Source of the DNA: Treponemataceae bacterium
GTDB lineage: Bacteria > Spirochaetota > Spirochaetia > Treponematales > Rectinemataceae
Assembly (NCBI GenBank): GCA_963677895.2
Contig: CAXXGJ010000038.1
Span: 448,001-512,000 of the forward strand
Length of the DNA stretch: 64,000 nt
Direction of reading: 5' to 3'
Positions 57,539 to 64,000 of this stretch are shown here, one piece after another. Position 1 is the stretch's first letter, and every line of letters starts with the position of its first letter. The notes under the pieces are model-generated. The model searched no databases, had not been told where the DNA came from, and saw only the letters and a program-made list of their open reading frames with translations. The position numbers and the translations under genes are program-made.

Positions 57539-58909
57539 CTACAAAATGTATTTGCTTAAATCCTGCCTTTCGGCATAATCCTTGAATTTCCCGTCTACGT
57601 ACGCGACATCGATCACGACATTCTGTCCGGCCATCGTGTCGGCTTCAAAAGATAGATCCTCGAGAAGCCGCTCCAGCACGGTATGGAGACGGCGGGCTCC
57701 GATGTTTTCGGTCTGCGTATTGGCGGCGGCCGCTATCTGGGCTATCCGCGCGATGGCGCCCTTCTCGAAGCTGATGTTCACCGACTCCGTCGAAAGAAGC
57801 TGGGCGTACTGGATGACCAGAGCGTTCTTGGGCTCGGTCAGTATCCTTTCGAAATCCCTGTCCGTAAGGGCGTCCAGTTCGACCCGGATGGGGAACCTGC
57901 CCTGGAGTTCGGGAATGAGGTCCTGGGGTTTGGAAACGGTGAAGGCTCCCGCCGCGATGAAGAGGATGTGCGTCGTGTCCACGGCGCCCCATTTCGTGTT
58001 GACGATGGTTCCCTCGACGATGGGTAGAAGGTCCCGCTGGACGCCTTCGCGCGAAACATCGATGCCCGAAGCGCCGCGGCCTTCCTTGTTGGCGACCTTG
58101 TCGAGCTCATCGATGAAGACGATACCGAAATCCTGGACGCGGCGCCTCGCTTCCTGGGCGGCCTTGTCGGGATCGACGAGTTTCTCCATTTCCTCGGCTT
58201 CGAGGATGGGGAGGGCTTCGGCCACGCTGACGCTCTTCTTCTTGCGTTTTCCGCCGAACATATTGCCTATGCTGCCCAGCGCGACGCCCATATCTTCCAT
58301 CTGGGTTCCCGCGAAAAGTTCCATGGAAGGCGCCGCCGCGTTCACGGTGATTTCCAGCTCGCGGGAATCAAGCTTGCCCTCGCGCAGGAGTTTCCTGAAT
58401 TTTTCGCGGGTCTCGTTCGGTGGAAGCGGCTGCACGAGCGTGGCCTGAGTGGAGCCTACCGGTTCCACCGAGTTGGACAAGCCGGGCAGGAGAAGATCGA
58501 GAAGACGTTCTTCGGCCCTCCTCTTCGCCTCGGCGGCCACTTCCACCTGCATCTCTTCCTTGACCATGGCCACGCCCGAAGCCATGAGGTCCCGTATCAT
58601 GGATTCGACGTCGCGCCCGACATAGCCCACTTCGGTGAACTTCGTAGCTTCCACCTTGATGAAGGGAGCTCCGCAGAGTTTGGCCAGTCTCCTGGCGATT
58701 TCGGTCTTGCCGACGCCCGTCGGGCCCATCATGAGAATGTTTTTGGGGGCTATCTCGTCGCGCATTTCCTCGGACAGGCGCTGGCGCCGCATGCGGTTGC
58801 GCAGCGCGATGGCCACGCTTTTCTTGGCCTTCGTCTGGCCGATGATGTATTTATCGAGTTCTTCGACTATGGCCCGGGGGGTCAGCGCATCGAATCCAAC
58901 CGCTGTCAT
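57539..58909 (-). CDS. hslU: ATP-dependent protease ATPase subunit HslU
   Basis: [45 protein letters not shown] and DLSKYIL. Confidence 0.97.
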   Translation of the reverse strand: MTAVGFDALTPRAIVEELDKYIIGQTKAKKSVAIALRNRMRRQRLSEEMRDEIAPKNILMMGPTGVGKTEIARRLAKLCGAPFIKVEATKFTEVGYVGRDVESMIRDLMASGVAMVKEEMQVEVAAEAKRRAEERLLDLLLPGLSNSVEPVGSTQATLVQPLPPNETREKFRKLLREGKLDSRELEITVNAAAPSMELFAGTQMEDMGVALGSIGNMFGGKRKKKSVSVAEALPILEAEEMEKLVDPDKAAQEARRRVQDFGIVFIDELDKVANKEGRGASGIDVSREGVQRDLLPIVEGTIVNTKWGAVDTTHILFIAAGAFTVSKPQDLIPELQGRFPIRVELDALTDRDFERILTEPKNALVIQYAQLLSTESVNISFEKGAIARIAQIAAAANTQTENIGARRLHTVLERLLEDLSFEADTMAGQNVVIDVAYVDGKFKDYAERQDLSKYIL

Positions 58910-59526
58910 ATTTCCTCCACCATGATCTTGTCGTTCGTGTAGATGCAGATGCCCGAAGCGATCTGGAGGCTCCTGCGCGCGATATCAGCCGCGCCCATGA
59001 AGGCGTGGAGGGGCGTATCGGAGGGATCTCCCGCGGGAAGCTGGACACCCGCCAGTTTTTCCTCGAAGCTCTTCGACGCTTCCAGGTAAGCCATGGCCGC
59101 CGCGTAGGCGTAGGGGCCGCCCGATCCGATGGCCACGGCGTCCTCGGCCGGGTCCACGACGTCGCCCGTTCCCGAGAGGAGGAGGGATTTCTTGGAGTCG
59201 GCCACGAGGAGCATGGCTTCGAGCTTGCGGAGGATCCTGTCGGTTCTCCAATCCTTGGCCAATTCCACGGCCGCCCTCGTCAGGTCGCCGCCGTATTCCT
59301 GAATCTTCACCTCAAAATGTTCGAGCAGGGCGAATGCGTCGGCTGTGGCGCCGGCGAAACCGCAGAGGACTTTCCCCCCGTAGATCGTGCGCACTTTGCG
59401 GGCGTTGCTCTTCATGACCGTCTCGCCCAGGGTGACCTGACCGTCGCCCGCCATGGCGACATGGCCATTCTTTCTCACGACGAGCACCGTCGTCGAACGG
59501 AATTTCATTCTGTCGCTATCGGACAT
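58906..59526 (-). CDS. hslV: ATP-dependent protease peptidase subunit HslV
   Basis: [34 protein letters not shown] and ICIYTN. Confidence 0.96.
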   Translation of the reverse strand: MSDSDRMKFRSTTVLVVRKNGHVAMAGDGQVTLGETVMKSNARKVRTIYGGKVLCGFAGATADAFALLEHFEVKIQEYGGDLTRAAVELAKDWRTDRILRKLEAMLLVADSKKSLLLSGTGDVVDPAEDAVAIGSGGPYAYAAAMAYLEASKSFEEKLAGVQLPAGDPSDTPLHAFMGAADIARRSLQIASGICIYTNDKIMVEEI

Positions 59527-59527
59527 C

Positions 59528-60424
59528 TTATCGCTCCTTCGTTCCATGCGGATGCGCGAGCTCGTAAACCTTGCGCAGATGCTCCATATCGACGTGGGTG
59601 TAAACCTGCGTCGTCGATATGCTCGAATGTCCCAGCATCTCCTGGACAACCCTGATGTCGGCGCCTGCCGCGACGAGCTGGGTCGCGAAGCTGTGCCTGA
59701 AAGCGTGCGGCGAAACGATCTTCTTCATGTTCGAGGCCGCGCGCCGTTTTTCCACTATCTTCTCGATGCCCCGCACGGTGAGGGGGCCGCCCTTGACGTT
59801 GATGAAGGCGCGCCTGTGATCCGACGCGCGCAGTTTCGTCAGGCGCATGGCGCGCATGACAAGGTAATTGGCGAGGGCGGTCGATGCCATCCTGCCGAGG
59901 AAGACGACTCTCTCCTTGGAACCTTTGCCCAGGACGCGGATGATCCCTCTCGGAAAATCTATCTTCTCGATCGTCATGCCCGCTATTTCCGAGGCCCGGC
60001 ATCCCGTGCTGTACAGGACTTCAAAAAGGGCCCTGTCGCGGGTTTCCGCGAAGCCCGTTCCGTCGATGGATTCGATGAGCTGAGCCATCTCGTCTTCGAA
60101 CATGAACTTGGGCAAGGGCCTCGTCGCCGAAAGGTTCTCCACTTCACGCCCGGGATCGCTCGTCAGGCCGCCGAAGCGCATCCTGTATCGATAGAAACCC
60201 CTGATGGTCGAAAGCGCGCGGTTGACGCTCGAGGCGGCCTTGCCTTCCATCACCAGGGTACCCGCGAAGGATCGGATGTCGTGCGCCACCGCAGCGTCGA
60301 TATCGGCGCCGGAGAGAAAGCTTTCGTACCGTTCCAGGTCGTCTCCATAGACGCGCAGGGTCCTCTCGGAAAGGCCGCGCACGGATTCGAGATAGGAAAG
60401 GTAGTCTTCGATCCTTTTATCCAT
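59528..60424 (-). CDS. xerC: Tyrosine recombinase XerC
   Basis: [34 protein letters not shown] and TTQVYTH; sits between topA and hslV. Confidence 0.88.
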   Translation of the reverse strand: MDKRIEDYLSYLESVRGLSERTLRVYGDDLERYESFLSGADIDAAVAHDIRSFAGTLVMEGKAASSVNRALSTIRGFYRYRMRFGGLTSDPGREVENLSATRPLPKFMFEDEMAQLIESIDGTGFAETRDRALFEVLYSTGCRASEIAGMTIEKIDFPRGIIRVLGKGSKERVVFLGRMASTALANYLVMRAMRLTKLRASDHRRAFINVKGGPLTVRGIEKIVEKRRAASNMKKIVSPHAFRHSFATQLVAAGADIRVVQEMLGHSSISTTQVYTHVDMEHLRKVYELAHPHGTKER

Positions 60425-60427
60425 CGA

Positions 60428-62683
60428 TCATTCCTCCGGGCGCTCTTCGTCTTTGGCATGGAGATAGTCACACGAGGGATTGATGCAGCCCTTGTGGACG
60501 CCCGATACTTTGTCGGTCTTTTCGACCAGGAACCAGCCGCATTTGGGACAGAGCTTGTCGGTGGGCTTGTCATAGGACACGAAATCGCAGGTGGGATAGT
60601 TGGTGCAGCCATAGAAGGTCTTCCGCTTGCCCTTCAGGTTTTTCCGCTCGACGATGTCGCCGCCACATTTGGGGCATTTCGCGAGGGGAATAGACTTCGT
60701 GTTCTTGCAGGCGGGGAATCCGGAGCAGGCCAGGAAAAAGCCGAAACGCCCCAGCTTCTTCACCATGGGCTTTCCGCAGAGTTCGCAGACGATGTCCGTC
60801 GCCTCGTCCAGCTGTCCTTTCTTGCTCGTGAGCGTGGACATGACCTCGTCGAGCCTCTTCTTGAACGGGAAATAGAAATCCTTCATCACGGCGACCCAGT
60901 CGACTTTTTCCTCTTCCACCTGGTCGAGAAGTCTTTCCATGCTCGAAGTGAATCCCGTGCCGATGACATCGGGGAAATATTCGGAGAGGATCTCCGTTAT
61001 CATCTTGCCGAGCAGGGTCGGGGCCAGCTGTTTCGTCTGGCGGGACACGTAATAGCGCTCGAGAAGGGTGCTGATCGTGGGCGCGTAGGTGGAAGGCCGG
61101 CCTATGCCCAGTTCCTCGAGCGCCTTGATGATGGAGGCGTCGTTGTAGCGCGCGGGCCCTTGGGTGAAATGCTGGGTGGCGTGGATCTTTTCGACGGGCA
61201 GGGACTGGCCGACTTCGAGGGCCAGGCTGTGGCTCGCTTTTTCTTCCTTGGAAGCGGCAAGCTTGATCACCTTGTAGAAGCCTTCTTCGACATAGGATGA
61301 AGCCGAGACTCTGAAAAGTCCTTCGCCGATGGCGATGTCCGCCGTCGTGATGTTCATAACGGCGGGGATCATCTGGGAAGCCACGAAGCGTTCCCATATC
61401 AGGGCATAGAGCCTCAGTTCGTCGCGCTGGAGGAAGCGCGCGATGTCGTCGGGTGCGAGATCGACCCTCGTCGGCCTGATGGCCTCATGAGCGTCCTGGG
61501 ACTGTTTTCCGGCGCTGTAATGCTGAGCCTGGGGCGGCAGCTGTCCGGGGTGGAATTCCGCGATCCAGCGCCTGGCCTCGGCGAGGGCGTATTCTGAAAT
61601 GCGCGTGGAGTCGGTCCTCATATAGGAAATGAGACCGGTGCGCTGAGCTCCCATGCTTATGCCTTCGTAGAGCTTCTGGGCTATCTGCATGGTCTTCTTG
61701 CTGGTGAAGCCGAGGCGGTTGGCGGCCGTCTGCTGCAGTGTGGAGGTCGTGAAGGGCGCCTTGGGCTTTATGACTTTTTCGCCGTTCCTGATATCGCTCA
61801 CGACGGCGGGCTTGCCTTCGAGATCGCCGACGATCGCCTTGGCTTCTTCCTCTTTCGAGACCTGGAGCTTCTCGTTCTTATAGAGGACGAGGTCGGCCTT
61901 GATGGTCGAACGATGGGCCTTGAGGCCCGCTTCGATCGTCCAGTATTCTTCGGGGATGAAGGATTCGACTTCCTTTTCCCTGTCGCAGATGAGTTTGAGC
62001 GTCGCCGACTGGACGCGGCCGGCCGAAAGGCCGTTCTTCACTTTTTTCCAGAGCAGGGGGGAGAGGTTGTAGCCGACGAGCCTGTCGAGGACGCGACGAG
62101 CTTTCTGCGCGTCCACCTTGGTAAGGTCTATTTCCCTGGGGGCGTCGACCGCTTCCTTGATGGCGTTCTGCGTGATTTCGTTGAAGGTGATCCTCTTGAT
62201 CCTGAGCCCAGGTTCCTTTTCCCCGATATATTTGCCGATCTGGTAGGCGATGGCCTCCCCTTCGCGGTCAGGGTCCGATGCCAGCATGACGGCTTCGGAT
62301 TTCTTGGCTTCCTTGACGAGGCTCTTGAGCACCTCCGCCCTTCCCCTGATGGTCAGGTATTCGGGTTCGAAATTGTTGTCCACGTCGACGCCGATGCGCG
62401 ATTTGGGGAGATCGATGAGGTGTCCCATGGAGGCGAGCACCTTGTATCTCGATCCCAGATATTTTTCGATGGTCTTGGCCTTGGCGGGGGATTCCACGAT
62501 GATGAGGGTCTTTCCTTTTTCGGCTTTTTTCGCCCCCTTGGCCGAGGCGGACTTCTTGGACTTGGCTTTTTTGGCGGCGGTTTTCTTGGGCGCCGGCTTT
62601 TTCTTGGTCGGCGCTTCCGTCGATGCCTGCTCCGCCATGGGCTTCAGGTCGGTAAGGTCTGTATCTTTCGTCACTTTCGCCAT
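60428..62683 (-). CDS. topA: DNA topoisomerase I
   Basis: IVESPAKAKTI, DPDREGE, SAGRVQS, ISYMRTDS, GIGRPSTY and C-terminal Zn ribbons. Confidence 0.97.
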   Translation of the reverse strand: MAKVTKDTDLTDLKPMAEQASTEAPTKKKPAPKKTAAKKAKSKKSASAKGAKKAEKGKTLIIVESPAKAKTIEKYLGSRYKVLASMGHLIDLPKSRIGVDVDNNFEPEYLTIRGRAEVLKSLVKEAKKSEAVMLASDPDREGEAIAYQIGKYIGEKEPGLRIKRITFNEITQNAIKEAVDAPREIDLTKVDAQKARRVLDRLVGYNLSPLLWKKVKNGLSAGRVQSATLKLICDREKEVESFIPEEYWTIEAGLKAHRSTIKADLVLYKNEKLQVSKEEEAKAIVGDLEGKPAVVSDIRNGEKVIKPKAPFTTSTLQQTAANRLGFTSKKTMQIAQKLYEGISMGAQRTGLISYMRTDSTRISEYALAEARRWIAEFHPGQLPPQAQHYSAGKQSQDAHEAIRPTRVDLAPDDIARFLQRDELRLYALIWERFVASQMIPAVMNITTADIAIGEGLFRVSASSYVEEGFYKVIKLAASKEEKASHSLALEVGQSLPVEKIHATQHFTQGPARYNDASIIKALEELGIGRPSTYAPTISTLLERYYVSRQTKQLAPTLLGKMITEILSEYFPDVIGTGFTSSMERLLDQVEEEKVDWVAVMKDFYFPFKKRLDEVMSTLTSKKGQLDEATDIVCELCGKPMVKKLGRFGFFLACSGFPACKNTKSIPLAKCPKCGGDIVERKNLKGKRKTFYGCTNYPTCDFVSYDKPTDKLCPKCGWFLVEKTDKVSGVHKGCINPSCDYLHAKDEERPEE

Positions 62684-62688
62684 AATTT

Positions 62689-63696
62689 TCAGTCTCCTAC
62701 ACGCTCGTGTTGTCGCCGCGCCGTCATTCCGCGTCCGCTCGCCGACCATTCCAGAAAAACGTCTTCAGCATTATTCACAATTACGGCGCCTTGGGAAGCC
62801 AAAGCGTCCCCGCCGGCGTTGCGCGTGCCGCCCACGCAGGCGCCGTGCACGAATACGTCGCGTCCTTCGGTCAACGCGTGGTCGGCGGTGATCAAGGCTC
62901 CCGAATTTCCCGGCGCCTCCACGACGACGCAGGACCGCGACATGCCCGCGATGATCCTGTTCCGCTCCGGAAACCGGTAGCGCTGTATCTCCGTGCCAGG
63001 CGGATATTCCGTGACGATGCCCCCGCCCGAATCCAGGATGGCCGAAGCCAGCGCCTTGTTCGAAGCCGGATAGATCGTCTCGATGCCGCCCGGAAGCACC
63101 GCGACCGTTTTTCCGCGGCCCTTCAGCGCCCCGCGATGGGCCGCCGCGTCGATCCCTCTCGCCAGGCCGGATACGACGCAGACCCCATTCGCCGATAAAT
63201 CCGCCGCAAGCCCATAGGCGGCATGCAGCCCATTCCCCGTCGGAACTCTCGTTCCCACGATTCCCACCTCGGGGATTTCCGGATCGGGAAGTCTTCCCCT
63301 CAAATAAAGGCCGAAAGGCGGCCTGTAGACTTCCCTCAGCTGGGGCGGATAGACGGAATCGCCGATAGCCACGAACCGGATGCCCCTCGGCGCGAAAAAA
63401 TCCCTGTCCCGAAGCGCCTTTTCCCAAAACAGGACCGGCTTCCAGCATTCGGGTTTCAGCGACCGCATGACGATGGACTGGACATCGCCCGCCCGCATCG
63501 ACAACAGCCCCTCGCGCGAACCCGCCGCCGCGGCCACCAGGAGCTTTTCGTGGCTCCTCAGGAAATCCATCCTCGCGACGGCGAGCGCGAGGAGCGGATC
63601 CATGATGTCCGCGCCCAGCATTCCGTCCACTTCGTCATCGAACATGGCGTGGAACAGGGAGAGTCGCTGCGGATATCCCAGGTTTGCCCTTTTCAT
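62689..63696 (-). CDS. dprA: DNA-processing protein DprA
   Basis: YPPQLREVYRPP, IVGTR, VSGLARGID..AH, FPERNRIIAG and SGALITA. Start uncertain (63696 has an RBS; 63603 is the alternative). Confidence 0.92.
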   Translation of the reverse strand: MKRANLGYPQRLSLFHAMFDDEVDGMLGADIMDPLLALAVARMDFLRSHEKLLVAAAAGSREGLLSMRAGDVQSIVMRSLKPECWKPVLFWEKALRDRDFFAPRGIRFVAIGDSVYPPQLREVYRPPFGLYLRGRLPDPEIPEVGIVGTRVPTGNGLHAAYGLAADLSANGVCVVSGLARGIDAAAHRGALKGRGKTVAVLPGGIETIYPASNKALASAILDSGGGIVTEYPPGTEIQRYRFPERNRIIAGMSRSCVVVEAPGNSGALITADHALTEGRDVFVHGACVGGTRNAGGDALASQGAVIVNNAEDVFLEWSASGRGMTARRQHERVGD

Positions 63697-63752
63697 CCTC
63701 ATCCTCCTATCCATAAACGCCGCCCGATGGCTTTCGCGCTTCCGTCCGCCCT

Positions 63753-64000
63753 TCAGTTTCTTGGAAAATACTCCTTGTGATAGCCCTGAAGCGCTTCCTC
63801 TTCGATGTGCGTATAAATCTGGGTCGTGGAGATGTCGGTGTGGCCGAGAAGCTCCTGCACCGTCCTCAGGTCGGCGCCGCCGGCCAGCAAGTGCGTCGCG
63901 AAGCTGTGCCTGAAGGTGTGGACCTTCGCCGAGACGCCCGACACGGCCCTGATCCCCGAAAACCTTTTCCAGATGCCTTTTCTCGATATGCCTTCGCCCT
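63753..64000 (-). CDS. xerD: Tyrosine recombinase XerD, C-terminal part (truncated by window edge)
   Basis: [36 protein letters not shown]. Confidence 0.85.
   Translation of the reverse strand, partial: GEGISRKGIWKRFSGIRAVSGVSAKVHTFRHSFATHLLAGGADLRTVQELLGHTDISTTQIYTHIEEEALQGYHKEYFPRN

Noticed and set aside
59453..61300. Long antisense and alternate-frame ORFs (e.g. 615 aa here, 549 aa at 21698-23347, 516 aa at 32320-33870, 480 aa at 3503-4945)
   Set aside because: Shadow ORFs of well-supported genes in GC-rich DNA, with no motifs.
59528..64000. Two tyrosine recombinases as a possible integrative element
   Set aside because: They are XerC/XerD-like in the conserved dprA-topA-hslVU context, with no att sites, cargo or composition shift.

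Overview
A GC-rich stretch of core bacterial chromosome with no recognisable prophage, IS element, CRISPR array, rRNA or tRNA. Gene content and order point to a free-living spirochaete (Treponemataceae/Rectinema-like): murG-cvpA-holB-like-hk2-rrp2, nrnA-hypothetical-rdgB, pallilysin-like/SPOR/miaB and xerD-dprA-topA-xerC-hslVU. About 57 CDS cover cell wall synthesis (murE, ddl, murG), arginine/ornithine and polyamine metabolism (rocD, argF, potABCD), folate/pterin metabolism (queD, folE2, folD, ftcD), redox (cdr, rhodanese, rex, Rrf2, an FMN-motif secreted protein), DNA repair and recombination (mutL, nth, recQ, dprA, topA, xerC/D), and translation/transcription (rpsT, rpmE, rho, miaB, fliA). 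pgi and the pyrF-pyrE fusion carry single-base frameshifts that look like assembly errors. The most interesting observations are: (1) an unannotated sigma-factor-like ORF preceded by a correctly spaced -24/-12 sigma54 promoter, in the same window as Hk2/Rrp2; (2) hslU abutting fliA, a possible scar of flagellar-cluster loss; (3) a candidate ~85-nt sRNA carrying anti-Shine-Dalgarno motifs, next to a 56-aa zinc-ribbon protein missed by the ORF track; (4) a coupled metallophosphoesterase and ParB/Srx-fold gene pair; (5) a 7x11-bp tandem array upstream of the pot promoter; (6) tandem ARG boxes upstream of rocD. All protein calls come from motif recognition by eye; no database searches were run.
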